Shown here: positions 43,908 through 52,525 of the stretch, in pieces
How the letters are laid out: each line of letters begins with the position of its first letter
Numbering within the stretch: the first letter of the stretch is position 1
Assembly (NCBI GenBank): GCA_937128475.1
Contig: CAKZML010000082.1
Location: 522-64,521, forward strand
Direction: 5' to 3'
Source: an uncultured Chromatiales bacterium
GTDB taxonomy: Bacteria; Pseudomonadota; Gammaproteobacteria; Steroidobacterales; BM003
Length of the DNA: 64,000 bases
Position numbers and translations under genes: made by a program
Notes under the pieces: model-generated
What the model saw: only the letters and a program-made list of their open reading frames with translations
Databases searched by the model: none
What the model was told of the DNA's origin: nothing

Positions 43908-44228
43908 ATGCAAGTAAACGTATCTGGGCACCACATTGATGTCACACCGCCGCTGCGCCAATATGTCTCGGAAAAGCTGGAACGTATTCAACGACACAGT
44001 GATCACCTGGTAAAAGCCAACTGCATACTTACTGTGGAGAAACTACAACACAAGGCAGAGGCGATGATCAGTATGCGGGGCATCCAGATTTACGCCGATG
44101 CGATTGAACCCGACATGTATGCAGCAATTGATGGCCTGGCTGACAAGCTGGATCGCCAGGTGCGCAAACACAAGGAAAAGAACACCGATCACCACGCACG
44201 GGATGTGGATAAATCGGTTTACGAGTAA
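43908..44228 (+). CDS. hpf: Ribosome hibernation promoting factor (short HPF)
   Basis: 106 aa with MQVNVSGHHIDVTPPLRQYVSEKLERI N-terminus. Directly after rpoN. Confidence 0.93.
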   Translation: MQVNVSGHHIDVTPPLRQYVSEKLERIQRHSDHLVKANCILTVEKLQHKAEAMISMRGIQIYADAIEPDMYAAIDGLADKLDRQVRKHKEKNTDHHARDVDKSVYE

Positions 44229-44267
44229 CATTGGCGCAAGGCGCCACAACCTAAGGAAATCATTTTG

Positions 44268-44295
44268 AACAGGGGGGCCATGCCCCCCTGTTTTT
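44268..44295 (+). terminator. Strong intrinsic terminator/attenuator between hpf and ptsN
   Basis: AACAGGGGGGC (44268-44278) pairs with GCCCCCCTGTT (44282-44292) around a CAT loop, running into a T tract (to 44295). Confidence 0.75.
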
Positions 44296-44307
44296 ATAAA
44301 GCCACTT

Positions 44308-44841
44308 ATGGACACCATCGAATTCAAGCTAGCTACATTAATTACCCCGGGTCGAGCCCAGGCCAAAATCAACGCGCGTAGCAAAAAACACGCCCTCGAG
44401 ATTTTGAGCGAAATGCTGGCCGAAACCCTGCCACCGGATCCCGAAGCCCCAGACCGGCTTAGTCTTACCAACTCGGTCATGGAAGCACTGGTGCAGCGAG
44501 AAAAACTTGGTAGCACAGCACTGGGAGAGGGCATTGCCCTGCCCCACGCCTCACTGCCTAAATTGGAAGAAGTCACAGCAGCGGTCGTGACCCTGGTGAA
44601 TCCTGTGGATTTCGATGCACCTGACGGGCAACCGGTGGATGTGATGATGGCATTAATCGCCCCGTCACCAGCCTCCCCGGCACACCGGGAAATCCTGGAG
44701 CGCGCCAGCATGGTGCTTTCCAACCACACTGGAAAATGCCCGTTGCGGGAGGCCCAAAGCAGCACTGAATTGCATGCGGCGCTGGAGTGCGTCGACCGGG
44801 CCATCCTGGCGACCTACGAGTCAGAAGCCGAGGAGAACTGA
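44308..44841 (+). CDS. ptsN: Nitrogen-related PTS protein EIIA-Ntr
   Basis: 177 aa PTS EIIA type-2 fold with the phosphorylatable His in GEGIALPHA. Confidence 0.9.
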   Translation: MDTIEFKLATLITPGRAQAKINARSKKHALEILSEMLAETLPPDPEAPDRLSLTNSVMEALVQREKLGSTALGEGIALPHASLPKLEEVTAAVVTLVNPVDFDAPDGQPVDVMMALIAPSPASPAHREILERASMVLSNHTGKCPLREAQSSTELHAALECVDRAILATYESEAEEN

Positions 44842-45716
44842 TGCCAAACTCCGAGATCAGGTTGGTTGTAGTAACCGGCATTTCAGGTTCAGGCAAGAGT
44901 ATTGCCCTGGATATGCTGGAAGACCTGGATTTCTACTGCATAGACAATCTGCCATCGGGGTTGGTAAAGCCATTCCTTGAACAGGCGGAAAGCGGAACCC
45001 TGAAAACCTATACCAAGACCGCAATCGCGCTGGATGCGAGAAATCTGCCGGACGAGTTGATCAAGGTTCCGGAAATGATCAGCAGCCTCAAGGCAGCCGG
45101 AACCCAGGTGGACGTTATTTTCCTGGACGCCGCCGACGAGGTTGTCATGAAACGCTACGCCGAAAGTCGGCGCCGGCACCCGCTGAGCCGCAAGGGATTA
45201 AGCCTGGTTGAGGCAATAAAGTCCGAGCGACAAGTGCTGCAACCCCTGTACGATCTCGCCGACCTGGTTATCGACAGTACACGCACCAACGTCCACCAGT
45301 TACGGCGCATCATCAGTGAGAGAGTTGCCGAAAAAATGGCCGGCAGCATGGCCTTGAATTTCACTTCTTTCGGGTTCAAGCACGGCCTCCCCCACGATGC
45401 GGACTATGTGTTCGACATCCGATTCCTGCCCAACCCCTATTGGGAAAGCGAACTGAGGGACTTCAACGGCCTGGACCAGCCCATCATCGATTTCCTGAAC
45501 AACTCCAATGAAGTGCAGGAGTTTTTCAATTCACTGACGACATTCCTGGAACCCTGCCTCGCGCGCCAGAAAGAACAAAACCGCAGTTTCATCACGGTCG
45601 CCCTGGGCTGTACCGGGGGACGTCATCGCTCGGTTTTCCTGTGCGAAAAACTTGCCGAACACTTCCGCGGCCGCTACCCCCAGGTCAGCGTTCGGCACAC
45701 AGAACTTCTCGACTAG
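44841..45716 (+). CDS. rapZ: RNase adapter / nucleotide-binding protein RapZ (YhbJ)
   Basis: ORF 44787-45716 trimmed to ATG 44841 (TGATG junction with ptsN). GISGSGKS P-loop and C-terminal GCTGGRHRSV motif. Confidence 0.95.
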   Translation: MPNSEIRLVVVTGISGSGKSIALDMLEDLDFYCIDNLPSGLVKPFLEQAESGTLKTYTKTAIALDARNLPDELIKVPEMISSLKAAGTQVDVIFLDAADEVVMKRYAESRRRHPLSRKGLSLVEAIKSERQVLQPLYDLADLVIDSTRTNVHQLRRIISERVAEKMAGSMALNFTSFGFKHGLPHDADYVFDIRFLPNPYWESELRDFNGLDQPIIDFLNNSNEVQEFFNSLTTFLEPCLARQKEQNRSFITVALGCTGGRHRSVFLCEKLAEHFRGRYPQVSVRHTELLD

Positions 45717-45818
45717 ACGGGGAATCCTGCTCGATGGCGTAGACTGCCCATTGCAGCAAGGCTACACTGCGACGCGACGGTTCAATCCTCATCCAGAGAT
45801 AGAACAACGAGTGGAAGC

Positions 45819-47177
45819 ATGGCGGCAGTTGAGCAAATCGTAACTCCCTCAACACGTCTGGAAGCGCTACGCAGCGCCCTGGACGCGGGATCGATGCGCC
45901 CGGCAAAACGCATGATCAACGCCCTCCACCCGGCCGAAGTTGCCTCGTTGATCGAATCCCTCAGACCCGCTGAGCGCCAGATTCTATGGGAACTGGTTCC
46001 CGCGGATAATGAAGGCGACATCCTGCTGGGCCTCAACGACGAGGTGCGCGCCAGCATCATCGCCACCATGGACGATGAGGAAATCGTCGCCGCCGCCGAC
46101 GGCATGGAACTGGATGACCTGGCCGACTTCCTGACTGACTTGCCGGAAGCCATTATCCAGCAGGTCATGCATTCCATGGACCAGCAGCACAAGGACCGCC
46201 TGCAAACGGTTCTTGCCTATCCGGAAGACTGCGCCGGCGGCCTGATGAACCCGGACACGGTAACCGTGCGCCCGGACGTGAGCATCGAGGTCGTGCTGCG
46301 TTACCTGCGATTAAGTGGCGGGGTTCCGGAGAAAACCGATGCCCTGTTCGTGGTCAATCGAAATGACCTCTACCTGGGCGCACTGCCCCTGACCATTTTG
46401 CTCACCGCAGACCCCTCCCTGGCGGTCTCGGAAGTCATGGAATCTGATCCGGTACACTTGCTTGCCGACACACCGGCGGCACAGGTCGCAATGCAGTTCT
46501 CGGACCGGGATTTGCTCTCCGCCGCGGTGGTGGATGAAAACGGCCTGCTCCTGGGCCGCATCACCATTGATGACGTGGTCGACGTTATTCGCGAGCAGGG
46601 TGAACATTCCCTGATGAGCATGGCCGGTCTGGATGAAGACGAGGATATGTTCGCCCCGGTGCTTAGCAGCACCCGACGCCGGGCCGTTTGGCTGGGCGTG
46701 AACCTGGCCACGGCGTTCCTGGCCTCCTGGGTGGTTGGATTGTTCCAGGCGACCCTGGACCAGGTGGTGGTGCTGGCCATCCTGATGCCTATCGTGGCCA
46801 GCATGGGTGGTATTGCGGGCAGCCAGACCCTGACCCTGATGATTCGAGGTATCGCCCTGGGCCAGGTTGAGAAATCCAACTCCCATTGGTTGCTGAACAA
46901 GGAAATCATGGTTGGTCTGCTAAACGGACTGGCCTGGGCAAGCATCGTCGCCGTGGCCGTGTTCTTGTGGTTCGGCGATTGGCGCATCGGCTTTGTCATC
47001 GCCGCCGCCCTGGTTATCAACCTGGTGGTGGCAGCCGTTTCAGGTGTTGGCATTCCGCTGCTGCTGCGCAGACTCGGCATTGACCCGGCATTGGCCGGCA
47101 GTGTCGTCCTGACCACTCTCACCGATGTGATCGGTTTCGCTGCCTTCCTCGGCCTGGGAACCTTGCTCCTTACCTGA
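45819..47177 (+). CDS. mgtE: Magnesium transporter MgtE
   Basis: 452 aa with an MgtE N-domain, tandem CBS domains and a 5-TM C-terminal domain (GGIAGSQTLT..., LTDVIGF). Confidence 0.95.
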   Translation: MAAVEQIVTPSTRLEALRSALDAGSMRPAKRMINALHPAEVASLIESLRPAERQILWELVPADNEGDILLGLNDEVRASIIATMDDEEIVAAADGMELDDLADFLTDLPEAIIQQVMHSMDQQHKDRLQTVLAYPEDCAGGLMNPDTVTVRPDVSIEVVLRYLRLSGGVPEKTDALFVVNRNDLYLGALPLTILLTADPSLAVSEVMESDPVHLLADTPAAQVAMQFSDRDLLSAAVVDENGLLLGRITIDDVVDVIREQGEHSLMSMAGLDEDEDMFAPVLSSTRRRAVWLGVNLATAFLASWVVGLFQATLDQVVVLAILMPIVASMGGIAGSQTLTLMIRGIALGQVEKSNSHWLLNKEIMVGLLNGLAWASIVAVAVFLWFGDWRIGFVIAAALVINLVVAAVSGVGIPLLLRRLGIDPALAGSVVLTTLTDVIGFAAFLGLGTLLLT

Positions 47178-47423
47178 GAGCCTCTGGGTGGGCCGGATGG
47201 GTAAATACGGTCCCAAATCCGGGCGAGCGGTATTAATCCCTTCGACTGGCCGGTTGCCTGCCTCCATATCCTGGCACCCAAACACCGTTCGACGCATCCG
47301 CTTGCGTACTTTCATCGAATTCAATGGCGGCCAACAACAAAACTGGTTTAATGTTACCCCCAACAGCGCTCATGTAAGTGACGCCTGACTAAATGAGAAC
47401 ACGACAAAATTGAGGAGCACTAG

Positions 47424-47954
47424 ATGAGAATTTTCGGAATCACTGCCGCTGTACTGACAGTTTGCCTGACCCTGGCTTTCCAAAATTCCTGGTCCGCTGA
47501 TCCTCTCCCGGAAGGCAGTGCCGCACCCTCCTTCCGCCTGCAGGATCAAAATAGCAAATGGCACTCACCCGAGGACTACAAGGGTAAATGGCTGGTGCTG
47601 TATTTCTATCCCAAGGACGACACTCCCGGATGCACTACCGAGGCCTGCAATTTCCGCGATGACATCATGGCCTTCCGCAAGATGGGCGTGACCATACTCG
47701 GTGTCAGCACAGATGATGTCGAATCCCACCAGGAATTTGCCGAAAAACACAGCCTGCCCTTCCCCTTGTTGGCGGATACCAGTGGCGATGTGAGTGCAGC
47801 CTATGCAGGCTTTAAGTTGCTGGGGATACTGAAACTGGCCAATCGCAAGACTTACCTGATTGGGCCGGATGGGACGATTGCCAAGCGCTACGACAGTGTT
47901 GACCCCGACAAGCACTCTGCCCAGATCATGAACGACCTGAAAGCGCTGATGTAA
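47424..47954 (+). CDS. bcp: Bcp/PrxQ-type peroxiredoxin with an N-terminal signal peptide
   Basis: 176 aa. The hydrophobic leader MRIFGITAAVLTVCLTLAFQNSWSA precedes the catalytic YFYPKDDTPGCTTEAC (CxxxxC) motif. Confidence 0.85.
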   Translation: MRIFGITAAVLTVCLTLAFQNSWSADPLPEGSAAPSFRLQDQNSKWHSPEDYKGKWLVLYFYPKDDTPGCTTEACNFRDDIMAFRKMGVTILGVSTDDVESHQEFAEKHSLPFPLLADTSGDVSAAYAGFKLLGILKLANRKTYLIGPDGTIAKRYDSVDPDKHSAQIMNDLKALM

Positions 47955-47973
47955 GACGTCCCTTACAGGAGGC

Positions 47974-49149
47974 CTAAAGCAACTTCCGCATACCTTCCTC
48001 CAGACCGCTGACGGTCAGGGGGAACATTCGTTCGTCCATTAATTCACGCAGCATCTGGATAGACGGCGTGTAATCCCAGCGCTGCACTGGCTCTGGATTG
48101 AGCCAGATGCTTTTTGGATAGGTATTCAGCAGGCGCTTCATCCAGACTGATCCGGGCTCCTCATTGAGATGTTCAACGCTACCGCCAGGGTAACTGATCT
48201 CGTAGGGACTCATGGTGGCATCACCGACGAATATTAGCTTGTAGTCGGCGCTGTAGCGATGGATCACATCCATGGTGGGCATTCGCTCGTTGTAACGACG
48301 ACGGTTGTCCTTCCAGAGCCCCTCGTACACGCAGTTATGAAAGTAAAAATACTCCAGCTGCTTGAATTCACTGCGCGCCGCGGAGAACAGTTCCTCGCAA
48401 ACCCGAACGTGATCTTCCATTGAGCCGCCCACGTCCAGGCACAGCAGAACCTTCACTGAGTTATGCCGCTCCGGGACCATCTTGATATCCAACATGCCGG
48501 CATTTCGAGCCGTTGAACGAATCGTGTCATCCAGGTCGAGCTCATAGTCAGCACCCTGTCGGGCAAACTTTCGCAGTCTCCGCAGGGCCACTTTCATGTT
48601 CCGCGTACCCAACTCAAGGGAGTCGTCCAGATTGCGAAATTCCCGCTTGTCCCAGACTTTGACGGCCCGCCTGTGGCGGCTACCGTCTTGCCCGATTCGA
48701 ACGCCTTCCGGGTTATAGCCATAGGCACCGAATGGCGACGTGCCGCCCGTACCTATCCACTTGTTGCCACCTTCATGACGTTCTTTCTGTTCTTTCAGGC
48801 GCTGGCGCAGGGTTTCCATGAGCTTCTCCCAGCCACCCAACGCCTCGATCCTGGCTTTATCCTCTTCGCTCAGACCCAGCTCCACCTGGCGTCGCAACCA
48901 CTCCTCGGGGATCTCTTCCAGGTGTTCTCCAAACAGGGTTTCGGCACCCTGGAAGTGGGCCCCGAAAACCTGGTCAAAACGATCGAACTTGGTCTCGTCT
49001 TTCACCAACGCACTGCGAGATAAATAATAAAAATCTTCCACACTGTAGCCCGCCAGACCCGCATCCAGCGCATCCAGCAAAGTCAGGAATTCCGGCAGGG
49101 TTACCTTCAGTCCCGCCTCACGCAGCATGAAAAAGAATTTAACGAGCAT
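47974..49149 (-). CDS. VWA-domain protein, CoxE-like partner of the MoxR ATPase
   Basis: 391 aa. The C-terminal VWA region has the MIDAS-like LCLDVGGSM (DxGxS rather than DxSxS). Its start overlaps the upstream ATPase stop by 11 nt. Confidence 0.8.
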   Translation of the reverse strand: MLVKFFFMLREAGLKVTLPEFLTLLDALDAGLAGYSVEDFYYLSRSALVKDETKFDRFDQVFGAHFQGAETLFGEHLEEIPEEWLRRQVELGLSEEDKARIEALGGWEKLMETLRQRLKEQKERHEGGNKWIGTGGTSPFGAYGYNPEGVRIGQDGSRHRRAVKVWDKREFRNLDDSLELGTRNMKVALRRLRKFARQGADYELDLDDTIRSTARNAGMLDIKMVPERHNSVKVLLCLDVGGSMEDHVRVCEELFSAARSEFKQLEYFYFHNCVYEGLWKDNRRRYNERMPTMDVIHRYSADYKLIFVGDATMSPYEISYPGGSVEHLNEEPGSVWMKRLLNTYPKSIWLNPEPVQRWDYTPSIQMLRELMDERMFPLTVSGLEEGMRKLL

Positions 49150-49993
49150 CCCGTCGATTCAAGAAGATGAGTTGTTCGAACAAGTGAACGTCCTGTTCGT
49201 TTTTTAACAATGCCCCGTAGAACGGCGGCAGCGCCTTGCGGGAATTACCACCGCGCAAGGCCTCGACCGGCACGTCTTCCGCCAGCAACAACTTTATCCA
49301 GTCCAGCAATTCAGAGGTGGACGGTTTTTTCTTCAACCCGGGAGTTTCACGCAACTCGTAGAAGGCATTCAGCGCTTCAGACAACAACTGCTTTTTCAGG
49401 CCGGGATGATGCACCTCGACGATGCTCGACATGGTCTCTGCATCGGGAAACTGAATGTAATGGAAGAAGCATCGGCGCAAGAATGCATCCGGAAGCTCCT
49501 TCTCATTATTGCTGGTGATGATAATGATTGGTCGGTGGGTGGCTTTTACCAACTCCCGGGTTTCGTAGACAAAGAATTCCATCCTGTCCAGTTCACGCAG
49601 CAGGTCATTGGGAAACTCGATGTCAGCCTTGTCGATCTCATCGATCAACAGCACCGGCCGAACCTCCGAATCGAATGCCTCCCACAGCGCTCCTTTCACA
49701 ATGTAGTTGGCAATATCGTGAACCCGCTCGTTACCCAGCTGTGAGTCACGCAGCCGTGCCACGGCATCATATTCATACAGTCCCTGCTGAGCCTTGGTGG
49801 TGGACTTGATGTGCCACTGGTGCAGGGGCAGTCCCAGGCTAAGGGCCACTTCTTCGGCCAGCTGGGTCTTACCGGTACCGGGTTCGCCCTTGATCAATAT
49901 TGGCCGACCCAGGGTGACCCCCGCATTGACCGCAGCCATCAGGTCCTTGGTCGCGATGTATCGCTCGGTGCCCTCAAATCGTCCTTTTTCCAT
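49139..49993 (-). CDS. MoxR-family AAA+ ATPase (CoxD/APE2220-like)
   Basis: 284 aa with Walker A GEPGTGKT, Walker B LLIDEIDK and sensor/Arg-finger region. Single AAA module. Confidence 0.88.
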   Translation of the reverse strand: MEKGRFEGTERYIATKDLMAAVNAGVTLGRPILIKGEPGTGKTQLAEEVALSLGLPLHQWHIKSTTKAQQGLYEYDAVARLRDSQLGNERVHDIANYIVKGALWEAFDSEVRPVLLIDEIDKADIEFPNDLLRELDRMEFFVYETRELVKATHRPIIIITSNNEKELPDAFLRRCFFHYIQFPDAETMSSIVEVHHPGLKKQLLSEALNAFYELRETPGLKKKPSTSELLDWIKLLLAEDVPVEALRGGNSRKALPPFYGALLKNEQDVHLFEQLIFLNRRDAR

Positions 49994-50044
49994 GTCCTTC
50001 TCCGGTCTCTTACGCCTGCCATAAGCTTCGCGGCGAAAGATGGT

Positions 50045-52429
50045 TTACTGATTCTGTGATGGTTGTAACTCAAGCAGGTGGCGAGTACTTCCAGCCTGGA
50101 AAGCAGCGGCCTGGCCATTCACCCAGAGCTCATGCCCACGGCTATAGAAATCCGACAGGGGATGACCGCTTTGCCCGCCTGGCATCTGGAAGTAGCCGTC
50201 CAGCTCCGGGTTGGGAGAGACGGCAAATCGCTCCGAAGCCCCGAAGCTACGGGCCTGGACCCTGGGCATATTCGAATCCCCGGCCAGGGGCTGCACCGGC
50301 ATATTCAGCCAACTGCCAACCAACGGAATGGCGCCACTCAAAGGGTGACGAATCGCTGCGGTATTTCGCTCGCCCCAGGTTCGCGCGGCAAAGTCATCCC
50401 CGTAGTTGCTTCGATATTCCTCGATCAACTCGTCGACGGCATGCAATAAAAACTCGTCCCAACTCTGGTAGGTGGGCGCCAGCAAGTGCTCGGGCCGCTC
50501 ATTGACCAGTCGCCACAGGGATGCCTCAAACTGCCAGGGAACCGGCTGATCCATCTCCGGGTAAGCCTCGCGCATTTCATAGATGAGGCTGTCGAAAACC
50601 TGTTTCTGGACTATCAAGCGATAACCGCGAACAAAGCGATATCCAACTGAATCGATACTTGCCCGGGGAATCCAGTCCCGCACCAGGTCACGAAACGCCC
50701 CGCGATCCGGATGTCCCACCAGTGCGTCATCATCAAGCACCCCCAGCAACAATTTCTGCCAGGGCGCCAGGAAAACGGCCCGATCATCCAACTGTACGCC
50801 GAGCATGTCATTGAGCACCGGCTTGTCCAGGGCCATCAGGTCATCACGAATCTGCTTGCCACGGGCGCCCAGTGCATATCCGCCGTCACCAACGATTGCC
50901 AGGGCCTCATCACTCACCACCCGGCTGTTAGCGGTCCAGATAATTCCTGATTCCGGATTCACGACCCGGGGGTATTCCTCGGGATCCAGCCAACCCTGCC
51001 AGCCGCTTTCGGCCCGCGAACCCTGGATAGGATCCCAGTCCGCCTTGTCACCACGCCGGGGAATTTTCCCCATGATGGTCCATCCAATATTCCCCTGGTC
51101 ATCCGCTACAACGAAGTTCTGGGCCGGTGTACCGGCACGATTTACAATCGCCATGGCCTGCTCCACCGAACCGGCTTGCTCGATGTTCAACAACTCAAGG
51201 TTCGCGGCTTCCTCATGATGGGCGGTCCATTCCAGGGCATAGTCTCGTCCGTAATACTCAACTACCGGCCCCCATCGTGTCAGACGCAGATCCAGGATTT
51301 GATCTTCGCCGCCCTTGACCACGATGGTCTCCTGCACCTGCCTGAATGCCTCCCAACCTTCGGGCACCCGGTAGCGATCCGAATCCTGGGGATCAATTTC
51401 CAGTTCCACCAGGTCAACCCAATCACCATAGCTATTGGTAAAACCCCAGGCGATGCGACCATTGCTCCCGGCAACCACCGCCGGCACGCCCGGCAAGGTG
51501 ACCCCCGTGACATCAGTGTCATCATTGACCCGCAGTCGAGCGCGATACCAGGTGTTGGGAACCCGAATTCCCAGGTGCATATCGTTTGCCAGCATTGCCT
51601 GGCCCGTGCCGCTGCGCCAACCGGCCACTGCCCAGTTGTTGCTCCCCACCACTTCATCGCCCTGGCTTTCAAGCACAGACAGATCGAGCCGCATCGGTGT
51701 ATCCAGAGCGGATACGACGACCTTGCGAAGATCCAGGTGGGCGGGGTCGGGGATCGACGGCGCCTCAGCGGCCTCCCCTTGTATGGGAGCATCCCAGGGA
51801 CCACCCGCAGGAAGAAGGAATGCAGCGACCTCGGGGGAATACATCCGGCGAAGAGCCACCCTGAAAGCCTCGCTTTCACCTGAGCCATCATTCAAATCCA
51901 GGAACATGGCGTACTGCACGAGCATGGAATCTTCGACCAGCCAGGGCTGGGGTTCGACGCCCAGCAACCAGTACTCAAAAGGCCTGCCATCCATCTCTGC
52001 CAGGCCCTGGTTGACGCCTTCAGCGTAGGCCTCCAGAAGGCGACGATCCTCGGCTGGGAGATTCTTCAGTATTCTCGATGAAAGGTCTCGGAAACGGTGT
52101 ATCCGCTTGCCCTTGTCCGCATCCAGGGCCAGCGCCCCGAACAGGCCGGAGAGCTCGCCCGCCGACATGCGGCGCGACAAATCCATTTGGAAGAAGCGAT
52201 CCTGGGCATGGGCAAAACCCAGGGCCCGGGCAACATCAACACGGTTCGAGCCGTGGATGGTCACCACGCCGGAATCATCCCGCTGCACGTCTACCGCAGC
52301 GGATAACCCGGAGATCTCGTGCTGCCCTTCGAGTAAGGGCAGACTCGACCGAAGGATCAGAAACACGCCCGCCAGCCCAGCCACGACCAGGACCAGCAGC
52401 CCCAAACCAATTCGCTTGAGATATTTCAT
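50045..52429 (-). CDS. Penicillin/acyl-homoserine-lactone acylase family Ntn hydrolase (S45)
   Basis: ORF 50045-52507 trimmed to ATG 52429 (MKYLKRIGLGLLVLVVAGLAGVF anchor or signal). The internal GSNNWAV motif matches the autoprocessing site and beta-chain N-terminal Ser nucleophile. Confidence 0.86.
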   Translation of the reverse strand: MKYLKRIGLGLLVLVVAGLAGVFLILRSSLPLLEGQHEISGLSAAVDVQRDDSGVVTIHGSNRVDVARALGFAHAQDRFFQMDLSRRMSAGELSGLFGALALDADKGKRIHRFRDLSSRILKNLPAEDRRLLEAYAEGVNQGLAEMDGRPFEYWLLGVEPQPWLVEDSMLVQYAMFLDLNDGSGESEAFRVALRRMYSPEVAAFLLPAGGPWDAPIQGEAAEAPSIPDPAHLDLRKVVVSALDTPMRLDLSVLESQGDEVVGSNNWAVAGWRSGTGQAMLANDMHLGIRVPNTWYRARLRVNDDTDVTGVTLPGVPAVVAGSNGRIAWGFTNSYGDWVDLVELEIDPQDSDRYRVPEGWEAFRQVQETIVVKGGEDQILDLRLTRWGPVVEYYGRDYALEWTAHHEEAANLELLNIEQAGSVEQAMAIVNRAGTPAQNFVVADDQGNIGWTIMGKIPRRGDKADWDPIQGSRAESGWQGWLDPEEYPRVVNPESGIIWTANSRVVSDEALAIVGDGGYALGARGKQIRDDLMALDKPVLNDMLGVQLDDRAVFLAPWQKLLLGVLDDDALVGHPDRGAFRDLVRDWIPRASIDSVGYRFVRGYRLIVQKQVFDSLIYEMREAYPEMDQPVPWQFEASLWRLVNERPEHLLAPTYQSWDEFLLHAVDELIEEYRSNYGDDFAARTWGERNTAAIRHPLSGAIPLVGSWLNMPVQPLAGDSNMPRVQARSFGASERFAVSPNPELDGYFQMPGGQSGHPLSDFYSRGHELWVNGQAAAFQAGSTRHLLELQPSQNQ

Positions 52430-52525
52430 TGTCACCCTTTCACCGCGGATATGTGTCTCGACCCGACCAGCATACCAGCGACCGTCGGCGAACTCAGGCC
52501 GCGGCATGCGACAACAAAAACCGGG

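Noticed and set aside
45717-45818. Looked for an M-box (Mg2+) riboswitch upstream of mgtE
   Set aside because: The 102-nt gap is shorter than an M-box aptamer and lacks its multi-helix architecture.
47272-47287. TGGCAC hexamer upstream of bcp resembling a sigma-54 -24 element
   Set aside because: The required GC of the -12 element (TTGC) at the correct 12-nt spacing is absent; the sequence reads TGGCACCCAAACACC.
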